Assembly: GCA_965153455.1 (NCBI GenBank)
Contig: OZ234493.1
Location: 6,686,213-6,750,212, forward strand
DNA: 64,000 bases
Reading direction: 5' to 3'
Origin: Sphagnum compactum
Lineage: Eukaryota
Shown here: positions 49,086 through 63,190 of the stretch, piece by piece
Layout: each line of letters starts with the position of its first letter
Numbering within the stretch: position 1 is the first letter of the stretch
The notes under the pieces: generated by a model
Seen by the model: only the letters and a program-made list of their open reading frames with translations
Database searches by the model: none
What the model was told of the DNA's origin: nothing
Made by a program: the position numbers and the translations under genes

Positions 49086-52000
49086 TTACAATAAGATATT
49101 GTTGTTTTGATGAAATTCACAATGTAAAATCAAAATAAACCCTAAACCTAACCTTAGGCTATATCTTCTACTCTTCATTTCATCTCTCTTCATTTTCCTC
49201 TCCTCCTATTGAACTTTTACAGTTGCTTCTAAACAATGAAAGGAATTTTAAATTTTTTCTACTTCGGATATGGTCATGAAAAACACGTTACAAAAATCTT
49301 GTGTCTATGCTCAACCATGGGTGGTCTGACTTTTAGAGTTTAGTTTGAGAAAGAAAGCAAAGATGGGAAGAAGAATGATTCCAACAAAGAAAGAAATGAA
49401 AACATATGAATGGTTGAAGGTTTGGTCTTCATTAAGGTGTATCAATATTTCACATGATCATAACAACACATGCCCAACAAAACATGAATATAAGGGAAGT
49501 TCACTCAAACATGTGAAGATAAACAATTCTAGTAAAAGTCATTTTAGTTTTACTTTGAAAGAATTTTTTGAAAATGTATAAAAGGATTAAAAACTTGGAG
49601 GAAATGAGATTGTAAATTTTAAACTTTTATAAAATTAGTTATGAATTTCTGAAAATTTGTGGTAGCTTAACTTAATTATGACCCTAACATGCTTTGTGAA
49701 ATGTGCTTTTGACATTTCAAGTTTTTTTTTATCAAAATCGTAATATGAATAGATGATATTTTTTAAAAACATTCATCAGAAACTTCTAATATCATGAAAT
49801 TTCAATAAAATCTATGCAAAAATCATAAAACAATGTTCATGTGAAATCCATAAGCTTCAAAGTGTAACAATGACACAAAAATGTATATATTATTTTTATA
49901 TAAATGATATGTCTTTTCTACTTATGATGTCTTATATGAAGTATGTACAATTTACATTTTAACTATTATGCATTATCATTTTATAATTTTATGTAAAATT
50001 ATGTGATTTTTGTACAAACATGTGAATATTGGATTTAGCATAAAATTTGTATGAACCTATGGCCAAAAATGACACATTACACTTCTAATAATGATTCTAA
50101 TTACATCCATAAGCATGCAATAAATGACCTTGAGGGGAGTGAAAGGTTAGTATGAAGCTCAAATTTGATAAAATCTAGTTTCTAAACCATATGTATCTAG
50201 TGGTGGAAATATAAAATACATGCAAAATAATTCCATAACTATCTTAGCAAATATTTTTTTTTAGATCATAAAATCCATTTTGATCTAGTTAGTACAAAAA
50301 ATCATATTTTACATGACATTAAATCATGAAAATTATAAATTGCACCCAATTCCCTCCCCTATCCCAAGTCGTGATAAAAGAGCACTATAAACTATAGCAT
50401 GGTTCTAAGTACAACAATGATTTTGGGTACCTTTCCCTTAAAGAGGAATGCTTCACAAGTGTACAACTTTTTTATCAAATGCATGCATGAGATATTTCAC
50501 ATTTTAATGTATGCAATTACATATGTGGGATTAAAGTTCATCACATTACACCCAAAGGAATTGTAAATTGGACCTACAAAGTTTGATCAATTGAATATGA
50601 TAATGAATTCACTAATGTTTAGCAATGTTGTATCCAAGAATGAATTGCTCTCAAATATGTTGTGTTAAATTAGGCCCAAGTCAAAATCAAATCTTTTGTA
50701 TATAAATATTTTTTTATTAATATCACTAAATGGTAAAAATGTAAGACTAGGAAAATCATCAAAAGTTAAATTATAAAATTGCACAATATGTGATTATGAT
50801 GAATCACAATATAGATTATAAATCATAAATGTTAATCACTAATATTTGTATAACCAAATTAAAATTTTCCAATTCATCTGAAGAAAGAACTATTTATAAA
50901 TTAAATCATGAGGGGAAAATTTTCCCTTTTGAAAAAAAATTTAGGGTTTTTTTATTACGTAATAAATACCTTTTTTGTACCCAAAAAAACATGTTGAAAA
51001 ATTTTACAAATTAAAGTCATTTGTTGTTTCATTGAAACATGATTTGAAAGAATAAAAATATTTGTCACGAGATGGAAATGTAAAACGTTGATTAAGGCTT
51101 TAACTTATGACCTTGGAAATTAGGGTTGGATTCCCCCTTTGATAAATTACTTATACATGTCACATATTTGGCAAGGAAGTTAACTATTGTTGACTAAACT
51201 TTTGTTGGCTTGGATACACATGCAAGATGATGCATAAATAAATTAAGATTTTAATTTTGAATAATTTTTGCATGGTTGGTTGCTAGACATGTGGACAATA
51301 TACACCATTCTAAACATCTACTTGGCCAATAGCAATGGTCTTGGTTGATTGCTTGTGCACTTGACATGACCCTAACATAAAATGATTACCAAGTTTTGAT
51401 GGCAAGTGCGTGCTAAATGCCTACATTAATACCTTTTTGAAGTTGGGGGCATGTTGTTCTAGTGTGAAAAATGTGTGCATGTGAGTGAGAACAATATAAT
51501 TTTTAGTAAATTTTTTATTAGCTAATAGTAAATATTGTCAATAGCAGTGATAATTTTTGTTTTATTTTATTGTGCAACAAAATGGCAATGTATCAATGCA
51601 TCATATTCCATCATTCGTTATGACATCATGCATAATGTTTTGTCATTAACATAAATCCCATGGTACATATTTCATCCTCATTAACTAGCTTTGGGTCATC
51701 ATGCATTATGTCATCATGCATAATATTTTGTCATCAACATGAATCCCATGGTACAGATTTCATCCTCATGAACCAACTTTAGGCACATGCAAGAAATACT
51801 AGCTCTAGACAAAGTGCATTCAAAGTTGCAAGAGGGATTCTCCAACTTCCAGCTAATTGTTGTTTGGCATTTTGAGTGCATGAAGATGCAAAAGCTTTCT
51901 ACGACACTAAACAATCCAAATCATATGCAAAAGTGTCTCCAACTTATTGAAAAAACCTCAATCATGCACAAAGAATTTGGATAAAACTTGGTTGTTCGAC

Positions 52001-53980
52001 ACAAGAGCTAATTTTAAATAGGAAAAGCAAGGCTTCCAAGGTAATGAGTGTGGTATTGAACATTTGAATAACTTTTTCATTCGACGATAGGATTTCAAAA
52101 TTTAACTTTTGATTGTTTGAATCAAACTTTTGAAGGATTATCCCAACTATTTTTGGTGTTAAATCTATCAAGAAAGGGATTAGTATAGTTATGCTAATAG
52201 ATAGAGCGTTTACACTATGGAGTTCCATCCTACTCAATGTGAGGAAAGGAGGTTACTACATGGCACATAAAGCATACCATCGAAAGTTTTCTAGCTTTAG
52301 TTGAGTCAATTTTATCATGCTTGGTGGGTTCAATGAGGCAGAACTTATGGAGCTCACAATTGAGCTCTTTGTTCATTGGGTTACAATTCATAGTCGCCTT
52401 GTAGGCGATGGTAATCTGCACTTGAAGTCAATGAAAGAATGGTTTATACACCAAAAGAACCAAAAATTTATCTAAAATGAAATCATGGTGCATCATGGGT
52501 TTGCAAGGCCAACATCTTTTTAAATATGTATTCCAAAAAAGAATGGCGTGATGTGGAGGCGCAATATGGATACACCAATGGGTTCCTTTGTAATAAAATT
52601 GGTCCAAAGATCAAATCATGACTCATTACATCAGTGCTACATCATCTCAAATAAGCATTGTCAACATCTCTGTATTTTTCCACCATCAACTTCTTATCAC
52701 CTCCCTCCTACAAAACCATTAAAAAATAAAACACACATAAGTCACCAATGAAATAATTGTTGGCTCACAAAGCACACATCAACTTCCTACCTCTTCACAT
52801 TTCATTTTCCTTTCCAAACCTTTCACATTTACTCCAGGCATCCATTTAAGGTTATAGCTCCATTACGAAGTTGAATAATTTCAAGATATCTTATGGAATT
52901 GATACAAGACAAAAAGGTAATGGATAGAAGACATAAATTGAGAACCAAAGTCGAAATTGTTTTTGAGAGCCCCATTTGTCAAACCTTATGTCATATCCAC
53001 ATTTTTCCACAAACTAGATCCATATCCCACTTGTGCATGAATTGGCATGAATGGTTTAACCGTGCACCCAAAACAATTGTCATGGAAATACAAGGGGGTG
53101 TGTCACACTGTGGCCTTGCCATTTACATTAAAAAGTATCTTAAGGGCAGAAGAAGATTTATGAAATCTCAAATATTTCATCATGCAAAAATATAATCTTC
53201 AAAAAATCCTCTAAAAGAAACCAAAGTCCTTCAAGATATTAGAACTCTATAACTAATCTCAAGTTTCAAACACAAGCCAAAATATCACCTTTCAAAAATC
53301 TTCATATAAAAATAGATCTATTACATAGGGGCCAAAATCCCATTAAGCTACTATACTCTACAATGAATCTAAACACAATAATATCCTTGCCTTGGTAGGC
53401 AAGGCCAACAAACAGGTTGCTTGTAACTTGTAATTAGGGAACTTTGATGGTTGCAAAAAGAGGGATCTATTTTCAGCCATGCCAAAACTGACAAATGAAA
53501 CATCAAAATTTCAGTTTTTAGAACAAAAATGCGTGATTTCCCAGCTTGTGTGGGAAAAGTTATTTCAGACTCAGATGCTCCTTTTGAGCTTCACGGTCTT
53601 GAACCACTTTTATGGCACATGAGGACAACAAAAAGAGTCTAGTTCAGAACGCCACCAAAAAGGCCATCCTACTGAAACTGCAGGGAAATGAAGCTTCGAG
53701 TAAACTTGACACACTTGTGCTTACCCTAAACCCTAAACCTTCGACAACCTTCTAGATATTTTGTCACTACGCAAACACACATATATACCAACAGTGGACA
53801 CAAAACAACTGAAGTCCAAGACACGCAATAAATTAGAACAAAAGCTTCCTTCAATAGCTTTGACATACACCTATAAACCATTTTGAAATCCGCAACTTGC
53901 CAACATGCACAATTGGAGCACTCAAACTCCCCCATATAACTACTTTTCTCCATTGAAATTGCAGCCTTGTCTGAACGAGC

Positions 53981-54140
53981 ACCCCCCCTCCTTTTGCGTA
54001 CCTAAAACTTGTGCTTACCCTAAACCCTAAACCTTCGACAACCCTCGGTACCCTGGTAACAAAATAGTTTTAGGTACGCAAAAGGAGGGGGGGTATCAGG
54101 GTACCGAGGGTTGTCGAAGGTTTAGGGTTTAGGGTAAGCA
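53981..54140. repeat. Interleaved perfect inverted repeats A-B-A'-B' (29 bp and 44 bp) containing CCCTAAA telomere-like units
   Basis: A 53981-54009 pairs with A' 54066-54094, and B 54012-54055 pairs with B' 54097-54140. Both pairs are exact reverse complements. Confidence 0.95.
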
Positions 54141-54469
54141 TACATTGCGTATGTAAAATTGCATACCTAAAACATGTTACCTGACAAATGGTGTGAATTA
54201 CACAAATATGTTTGACAAATGGATGAATTTATATGAAGTATATGAAGGCTGGCCAATCTGTGCCCTTCACATGTTACAAATTTTTGGGTCTTCACTAGAA
54301 AGACTAGATGCCATTGAAGGGCACTGAATGCTTCCAATTTAAGGTCTGGGTTGGGCGAACGAGTACCTACACTGGGTACCCAGTGTTTTTCTTTAAGGAA
54401 TTTTCCTTTGGAGCCACAGTGGTGACCATCCATAGAAAGATGTAAAGGAAAAAAAAAAGTGACAATAGT

Positions 54470-54685
54470 CCTTAGGAAGATTAAGAGAAATCTGGCTATA
54501 AATTAAATATGAAATATAAATCTTTAGTCATCCTTCTATACATTTGGCTACACATTGGAACCCAAATCATAGGGATCTGAGATTTTTTTTAAAATATTTT
54601 TGTGGTCACTTCTAATGATTGAAAACCTTCAAAAACACTTCAATTTTTAATTTCGGTTTTTGACGAAAATGCGCCAGTAAAGAAA
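54470..54685 (+). repeat. Dispersed repeat family, copy 3
   Basis: AAATCTGGCTATAAATTAAATATGAAATATAAATCTT..CTTCTATACATTTGGCTACAC..ATTGAAAACCTTCAAAA. Confidence 0.65.
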
Positions 54686-54695
54686 AGGGGTGTGA

Positions 54696-57309
54696 TACCA
54701 TGGTAAAAGCCCCAATTGGTTTTGGGTTGCTTCTAAACATTATAGATATCACATCCCTAGACTAAATTAGGGTCTCTGAGTCCAAATTTAACATTTTCTC
54801 CATTAATTATTGACTCTTAAAGAAGAGGCCTAACTCAAGAAGGTGAAGGTACAAGTGTAAGTTTCGGGTTAGGTTCAGTTCACCCTGGCTGGCTTAGGCC
54901 AAAGTGGATACAGGGGTCTGAAAAGAATGCAGTGCTGTGGGAACAAGGATGGGCACGATTGACTCGACCAATTGCTATGGGACAACATGGGCCCAACACG
55001 TAAAACATGGCCTATGTGACAAAAGTACTATGGGGTTCTTTCTTTCAATAGTGAAAATTATGATTGATGCTTAAAAGCACTTGAGTAAAGGGAAGGCTTG
55101 CTCTTCACGGCTTCCCTAATTTGAGGGTTGTAGCCTGGAGCATGGTAGCCCAAGGGTACATGCCCAAAATCAGGGAAGATCCACCATTTGTCATGTTGTT
55201 TCAAGTTGAAAGAATTATCTTCATCTATTGGTCAATTGAATGCACTGCAAGAACTCTTTGATTGATGAAAGCATCTTCCACCCCAAGACGTGCTTTTGCA
55301 CAAGGTAAGACGTGCTCCCCAAGGCCTCCTATAATTTTGAGGGTGGTAGCCTGGGGGTGTCGTCGGCTCAAAAATTAAGGGAGGCCATATGGGGAGTAGG
55401 CCTTCCCCAACAGAAAGCACAACAAGTTTCTAAATTCAAATAGTGGAAGGTTTGCATGTGATCAGCTGCACACTCCTTTGACTAACAAATGAACCTGCTA
55501 AGGCTGTCAGCTGCATTCAAAGTGCTTTTGCCACTAGCTGATTTGTGGCAGATGACAGCTTTTTGGTCTTAAGTCTTCTTTGTTGTTGTTGATTGTCATT
55601 TTGTTTTTGTCGTGCTGACTCTTCTTTGCATAAGGTTTGTACCTGATTTTTTTTTATTGATTATTTTCTTTTGCTTTTTATTTGGGTTGTGTTTACTTGT
55701 GTTCTCATTTGTCTTGTACTTTTGATGGATGGATTCCCATCCTCGATTTTTAATTTACCAGGTTTTTCTCTCTCTTTACATGTAGTGTATAAAGCCCCAA
55801 GGTGGTGGCATTCCAAAAATAGGGGCATAGGATGAGATCATAGCTTGAGTCCTAGCCCCACATTTTGTGAATATCCCCCAACCCATATGATTCACCTATG
55901 ATAAAGCATGCCATTAAAATTTTCATGAACCTAAACATTCCTAGATCATAGGGCCTATGAGACTCGAAGGGATTTTTTTAATAGAAGTAAAATCCCTCCC
56001 AGTCATGATGTGTAGGCATAATATCACTCCTCTTTTGTAGGAGGGATATAAGGTGCCCTCCAAAGACACTTGGAAAATTCTTGGAGTTGCTCTTGGATAC
56101 AAAGAAAAAATCTTACAAAGGACAAACCTTGTAATGCCTTATGGAGTTAGATTGCACAATCCATTTGTCGGTTCCCTTTTTCAGCATTTAATTCATCTCT
56201 TTTAAATGGATAGTTCAAATTTGATATTCCATGCCTCTTTGCCCAAACTTTTGTTTTCCGATGTAGTTTTGCGGGCATTCTTACATCAATGGTAGCAGCT
56301 CATCATTATTGTTAATTCATAGGTAATGCGATCGCAGAATGATGAGCAAAGTTTTTGTTTCTGTATGTGATTTGGAAATCAATAGAGGCCATTTGAACAT
56401 TTGTACAAGCAAAATGCACAATGAATATATTCCAAGAGTAAGTATGATTTTTGAGATGGAAAATGCCTTTTCCACTTTCAACTTGTCATTTTGAAATTCT
56501 CCCCCTAAAAAGAAATGCAAAAAAAACTTGAACCCATATAAGAGCTGAGTCAAAATGAGTCTCTTGCAAATGGAAAGATCTTATGTGTAAGGTAAAACCT
56601 TATTCTAGCCCCCTATTTTGGGAATGGCCCTAACCCCTGGGGTTTACCCATCGTAGCGGAGGAGGCAAAGGTTAAAACTTATTGTGAACTTGCCTAGATC
56701 ATGAGGTGCAGGAGGGGAGGGTTCTTCACTTCTTAAGAGTGGAAGGATTAGATCATGAGGCATACTAGAAGGGGGAGGGGGAAGGCTCGTAAGTTTACCG
56801 CTTATGAGTGGGAGGGATCTTATGCCTACACTTCAAGTGTGAAAAGAACCTCATGTGTAAGATCCCTTTCACTCCTTAACAAGTAGGTGAAAAATCTCTC
56901 GTTTTTTTAGGAGGGACATTCATGGATGTAGCGAGCCCTCCAAATATACTAGGAAATTTCTTGGAGGTGATTATTAATAGTTTTAAAAGGCCAACCAAGA
57001 AGTCTAAGCTCGGGATCAAAAGATGCTCTTCAGTGTGGGCCAGGAGACATAGCAGAGTTGGAAAGATTATTAATAGAGGTATAGCTTTCCTCGTACATGA
57101 GGAGATGAGGAGGGGGACCAGGTGGCCCCAGGGTGAACTAGGGTACCCACAATAGTACTTTCACTTTTTGAGTGAGGCCTCTTAGTGGCCGTATTAAGCC
57201 CAAAATATGTTAGATTTGAACTCAGAGACTCTGATTTAGTCTTATCATGGGATATTTATAATGTTTAGAAACAATTTAAATGTAATTTGGGATTTTTTTT
57301 ACCATGGTA
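54696..57309. mobile_element. ~2.6-kb non-autonomous element with ~160-bp degenerate terminal inverted repeats
   Basis: Left arm TACCATGGTAAAA..TTCTAAACATTATA..ACTAAATTAGGGTCTCTGAGTCCAAAT..GAGGCCT; right arm AGGCCTC..ATTTGAACTCAGAGACTCTGATTTAGT..TATAATGTTTAGAA..TTTTACCATGGTA. No TSD is evident. Confidence 0.65.
55530..55770 (+). mobile_element. Short 3'-end copy of the RLE non-LTR retroelement at 10070-11210
   Basis: CACTAGCTGATTTGTGGCAGATGACAGCT..AAGTCTTCTTTG..TTTACTTGTGT..ATCCTCGATTTTT matches 10981-11205. Confidence 0.75.
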
Positions 57310-57963
57310 CAATAAATAAGTCCGTGAACAACCCTAAACCCAAAGAAAGAATGTTCGTAACCCTTTGATTTGTGTGTCCAATGGCACAAAAATTGCTCAA
57401 CTTGATTTTAAAGATGAAAAAAATATTGAAAAAGTGTTCAATGATAAGTACATGCTCGGGGGATGGGCCGTTCTATTCACCTGACTCCAATGTGGGTGCT
57501 GGTCCACACAAGTCGTGAAGCAATAAAGCCTCGAAACTCCAAATGTTATCGGTAGTTCTTCGCATTGTTGGATTCCCTCGAATCCCATGACCTTCTCAAG
57601 CCCCGTCCATTTTTTCCTCTGTATCTCGTAGATGCTTCCCAACCTCAACTTGCCTGAGAACATGATTTTTATTTTGAAAAGACCTGCCAGTCTGGCGGGG
57701 TCCTTCTGGCTTCTCGAAGTTACGGTCCAGCCTAGAGAATAACTTGGAGAGCCAGAAGTTCTTATTTCTCTTTCTTTTTCATTTAAAAATTCGGTCTCTT
57801 CAAAAATGGACCGGTTCTTTAGGCATGCGAATATTCCTTAGAGAGGGCCTTCCAAATTTTTGACCTCCCTCGGCCTACTGGCATTGGGGATCTCAAATCT
57901 GAAAGGCCCTCTATATGGAACCTTGTCCAATATGTAAAGCGGTTGAAGACAATTTATAATGTA

Positions 57964-58605
57964 CTAGTTTGAACCCCGTGCCTAATGCACAGGTGTGTTA
58001 TTTCAACAATGTTTGGTTCATGTTTTAGTTTTTTTTTTAAAACTTTTAGTTTTTTTTATTTATGTTTGTTTCATGTTTTGATTTTTTCTATTCTTATTTT
58101 GTCTATCTTCATTTTTTTCCTATTTTTATGCATTTATTTATTTATTTAGTTTCTATTTTCTTTTCCCAAAAAAATCTTGTTTTTCTAATATGTTTTATAA
58201 TAAAAATAATTTTAAAAAATTTATTTTTGTTTGATTAGATGCAGGTTTGAAGTTTGGAAAAAGAAGACAAACCTCATTTTTTTTTCAAGTATGGTTTTTT
58301 TTCTCTTTCTTTTGCCCTCTATTTGGTTTTTTATTTTTCGTCATCTATTTTTTAAATTTTTTAAAGATTATTTTACTATATTTCCCTTTTTTGTTTCATG
58401 TTTAAGTGTTTAAAAAAAGTTTCTAATTGTTAAAGTGTTTTTTTGTTTTTATTTTTTTCCTAGTTTTTTCCCTTTCTAAAATATATATTTGTTCTGTTTG
58501 GATGGATGACAGACGGATGACGAGATGGATGACGGACGGATGGATGGATGGAAAGCTTCATTTCATCCCGAAGCTTCACGACCACGACGTCCTTTACTAT
58601 ATAGA
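57964..58605 (-). mobile_element. Short non-autonomous Helitron (~640 bp)
   Basis: The minus strand starts TCTATATAGTAAAG at 58605 and ends with the hairpin CCTGTGC-ATTAG-GCACGGG followed by CTAG|T at 57964. The interior is AT-rich. Confidence 0.7.
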
Positions 58606-61600
58606 ATGAACCCCGTGCCTAATGCACAGATGTGTGTGCATTTGACAGTACATATTACAAAATTACAATTACAAACTACATTTCCAACACCTCTTTATAT
58701 ACGACATTCCGCATATATCCATCGGGACCCTGGCCATTGAAAATCTTGATGTTTGCACTACTTGTGACCCGTGAAATAGCAACATACAGCTGACCATGGG
58801 AATAGACCGGAGACCCCAACCGGAATATACCCCAACGTTGTTCAATGTCTGACCTTGACTCTTGTTGATTGTGATCACAAATGCCACTTAAACACGAAAT
58901 TGACGACGACGCAGAACAAATGGCCAATTAGTCCCAGAGGGGGACATGATGATGCGGGGTATGAACACACGTTTACTGACATTGTTCCCTGTGATGATTT
59001 TCGCTTCAATGACACGTTGACCTAATCTCTTCACAATCAACCTCGTACCATTGCACAATCCTATTGATTGATTGAGATTACGCAACAAAAGGATTGGCAC
59101 GCCCACTTTGAGTTCCAGCTTATGATTTGCGATACCGCTGAATTGCAGAGTGTTTAGAAATTCCACCGGATACAATGAATCCATTGAAACTCTTGGAGCA
59201 GCACTTGCACCTTCTTCTGTTGGAGTCAGAATTTGCGCTCAGGTACGTGTGCAATTCTTCAGATAGCAATTCTAGAATTGCATTGTTGACTTCATTGACG
59301 TCAATATTTTTGGGGGCTAGAATGCTGCGTTGCATAAGATACATGGCATCTCTAGAGTGGCACTGGTGATCCGGATAGATGGTTCGAATTAATCCTCTTA
59401 AACTGCAATCTTCTGCTGGTAGCCTCATATGGGATGGAATCTTGATCCAATCTGGAACGACATCTTCTTCTTCTGCAATGGTAGGAAGACTACCGTCTCC
59501 AACATTTAACACCCATTTGGCAAACTCTCGCTGTTCTTCAGAATTGGCTGCCATGACTCGCATGTTGATATGAAGACGAAGAATTGTAACATGCTGCCAA
59601 AGATGTGATCGAGGCAACGAAGCACTGACAATGTCTTCTCGTCCTCCCTTGGGAACAACAGGCAAGATCTGTTGAAAATCCCCACCAAGGACCACGGTTT
59701 TCCCACCAAAGGTTTTCTCGGTTGCTTGTGCGTCATCCAATTGCATCAAATCACGCAGGGTCCGATCAACAGCTTTGATAGCTCGGCGATGTATCATCAG
59801 TGCCTCATCCCAAATGATCAGATCAGCTTTACGCACTAACTCGGCCACTTTCATCTGTTGTGTGATGTTGCAAGTTGACTCATCGTGCAGATCAATCGAA
59901 ATCTTGAATCTTGAATGGGCGGTTCTGCCGCCCAGAAGCGACAAAGATGCAATTCCTGATGAGGCAACTGCAAGCACGATTTTGCCTTGCCCTCGTAAAT
60001 GGGACAGAAGTGTTGTCCAAACAAATGTTTTGCCGGTTCCACCACTGCCATACACAAAGAACAGTTTACCCTCTTTGTTTGTCATGGCATTCAAAATAGT
60101 TTCATGTGTGTTGCGTTGATCATCATTGAGCCTATCTTCTGCATTGTCTGCATCTGTGGTTAGTGAATGCTGATTATAAACCAGCTCTTCTTGGACCAAT
60201 CGGTTTCCTCCATGAACAGAAGGGATGTAATTAGACTTTGGAAGCGTTGGAAAATCTTCCAGGCGGTGTTCGTTGCGCATGAAAACCTAATCGATCTCAT
60301 ACAATGCACGATCCTTTAGCGCATCCTTAGAAAGGGTAACAGTTGGATCATCACGCTCGCAGCATGTCATTGCTCAAAGACTCCTAATGTGCATCCCATA
60401 GCTGTCTGGGATTCGTGACCTCACAAAACATCAACATGGAGGCAAACATGTCACGCAGCTGTCGTCCTGAGGCCCAAACACCGGCTTCTTTTAAGGCTTG
60501 ATGTCATTCATTGTCATTTGCAAGCAAACCCATTGCAATGCATGCATCTTTGAATGTGTCGTGCAGTGTGGCATCCACTGTCCGCAAATGCTCGTAGGAT
60601 GTGGCACCTTTGACGCAGTTCAGCAGCATTCGCAAATATTAACGTTCATGCGACCAATGGCAAAGCCTCTCTTGCGCATTGTCCATCGCTTCAACTTCCG
60701 ATTCCAGACCCATTGCTGAGGGAATTGATCGAACGTAAAGCTTTGTGCAACTTTCGATTCTTGGTTTGTTTTGAACCATTCTGTGAGCATTGTTCTGGAA
60801 ATGGCTAACCGTGTTGCCACTTCCTGCACATCTTCGTCATCGTCAAATAACACCATTTGTTGATCGGGCAAATGGTATTGCAAACGCTCAACGGTAGGAA
60901 ACCGCTCATGCATATCAAACTTGAAGATGCACCACGCTACTTCCAATGCAGATACGTAACGATAGTCGAGATATTTTTTAATTTCATCAGTTTCGACCAC
61001 ATTCCTTTCAGTGGCATTGTCGCTCTGGTGCAACAGTTGCACGATCATGTCCTTTATATACATACTTGAATAGATACTTGACTACACAAATGTTGTTGCA
61101 GACCTCAACGTTGATGTGCGCATTATATTTGGTTCATAAATAAACATTGTGCGGTACCACCCAACAGTTGTCCAATTCAATGCCATGAACCAAAAGTGTG
61201 TGCCCTGTATCTTTGCGCCGATAAATAGGATATCCATTTACATCCATCATCGTTTCGGATTGAAACTTGCGTGGATATTGTTTTTTGCATTTGCCTTCTT
61301 CCATGCACAGGGCATTTGGAAACGCAGCTCCACATGGACCATGCATCATGCATCTCGCAACTGTCTCGTGGGCCAAATTGTTTGTTTTTGAATTTGGAAG
61401 TTCAACACTGATCATGCGGTCTACATCCTCAACCGTGTGTGGTTTGCAGTCTTCGGTACAAAAGATGAGAATGTGTGCATGCAGCAGCCCACGCTTTTGA
61501 AATTCAATGACATAGATTCCCGCAATCATGCGTCCCAGAATATGCTTCTTGTGAATGTCATTGATTAACTCCTTCAACTTGATTTTGAACACTCGAGTTA

Positions 61601-63190
61601 CTAAATCCGGTCGATCCTGAGGTTGTTGTCCAAAAAGCAACGCTCTCTTGATTTCAAACCATTGGGGATTGCAAGTGAATGTAACAAACGCATCCGGGCA
61701 ACCGGCCCATCTGCAGATTGCCATGGCATCTTGATAATTCTGAACCATGTGACGTGGACCTACTGTGAAAGAAGATGGCAAAATGATCCTCTGTCCGATG
61801 GCAGCAGCGTTATTGTCACCTACAGCGATGGCATCCTTAAGGCCTTGATAAAAATCCACGCAAAGTTTTTTTTTATTCAGGCGCAGATACTTCAAGCGAC
61901 TTTGTTTGATAGCCGCATAAGCATCCACAATGTATTGATGCCGCAATCAGCCACCCCAAAGCAACACAATGCCATCAGTGTCTCGATGTTGAAGTTGATA
62001 ACCATAAAATTCGGCCATTGTCACATTGTAATGCTTTCTTTGAAGCTCAGATTCTTCCGCATGGTCTTCATCCAAATCTGCATTAGCAACAACACCATTG
62101 AGCGAAACATTCGGATGCCATCCATCCTCACCGTAAGGAAATAGCAACGGATAATGTAGAGCCATGTATTCCACATGTAGTTCGGAAATGCACTGAAACG
62201 GGCCAGCTTGTTGAGCAAGGATGACGTCACGTCTATCTATAGCCTCAGAACCATCTCCTACCATCAATGTAGCGACTTCATCGGCCGTCGACACATTATA
62301 TCGACGGGCATCCTTTGTTCGAGATGCAATGAGACGCAATTTCAAATCCATGGGAACACCTTCTGTTGCCATCATATCCCTTGCCATTTTGAACACTTCG
62401 ACATAGGGATTGATATTGTGCATCATGGTCAACAACCGATTCAACGTCGTTGGATCAAGCGATGGCATAATGGCATGGCGGTTTTGATGTTCGCATTTTG
62501 TATCATGAATGTACGACTGTGCAAACTGTGGACGTTGTCCTTCGACAGGACATAAGGATCCGATTTTGTGATAAAGCTCACCTTGAATGCGAAAGGAGGA
62601 CGGTCCAGGGCCTCTTGTTACCGACTCATTAACTTTGGCCCCGAGCGAAGTGAATGCCAACACCGAATTGTACATGCGAATCTAATCTCGAAATTTGACG
62701 GCACCGTTCTCTTTGCTGGTTAAAAGAACTTCTAGCTCTTGCGGTGTTGCAGGAAGACTCAGCAACAAAACTTTGCCACTCTCGTAACATAAAGAAAATT
62801 GTGGGTTATTGTAGCTCGACTTTGCCAATCGTTTTTTGATCCACATTTTCACGTTGTAGAATCCATATATTGTGTCCATTTCTCCACAATCCCATCATCC
62901 CAGAGCTAACGCATCTTCGTCTCCAAACAATTGCAATGCGTCATTGCCAAGAGAAGGCTGTGCACGTGCTGCCACTTTTTGTACGGTTCGTCGTTCTCGA
63001 CATAGACAATTACTTCGCTCTTGCAACGTTTCAGATGGCCCGGCCGACTTTGTACGTTGCCTAGCACGTCGTTATCTGTGTAAGCGATTACAACGTTCAT
63101 GTGCAGATTCTGACGTGTCTTAATTGAATTCTGCTGGAACATCAATATGTGGAACAAAATTTTCCAAAGAGTCAATTTGCTCGTCATTCT
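58606..63190 (-). mobile_element. Decayed autonomous-type Helitron (RepHel: HUH Rep plus PIF1-like helicase); 5' end not located
   Basis: Rep motifs FVTFTCNPQW, VIEFQKRGLLHAHILI and YLFKYVYKGHD. Helicase motifs YGSGGTGKT, IIWDEA, GGDFQQILPVV, CNGTRL, TINKSQGQT and HGQLYVAISRV. The gene is split over several ORFs by stops and frameshifts. A 3' hairpin lies at ~58611-58630. Confidence 0.95.

Noticed and set aside
49090..53400. AT-rich block with short ORFs following the truncated MITE
   Set aside because: Likely a degraded insertion; no recognisable domain or ends.
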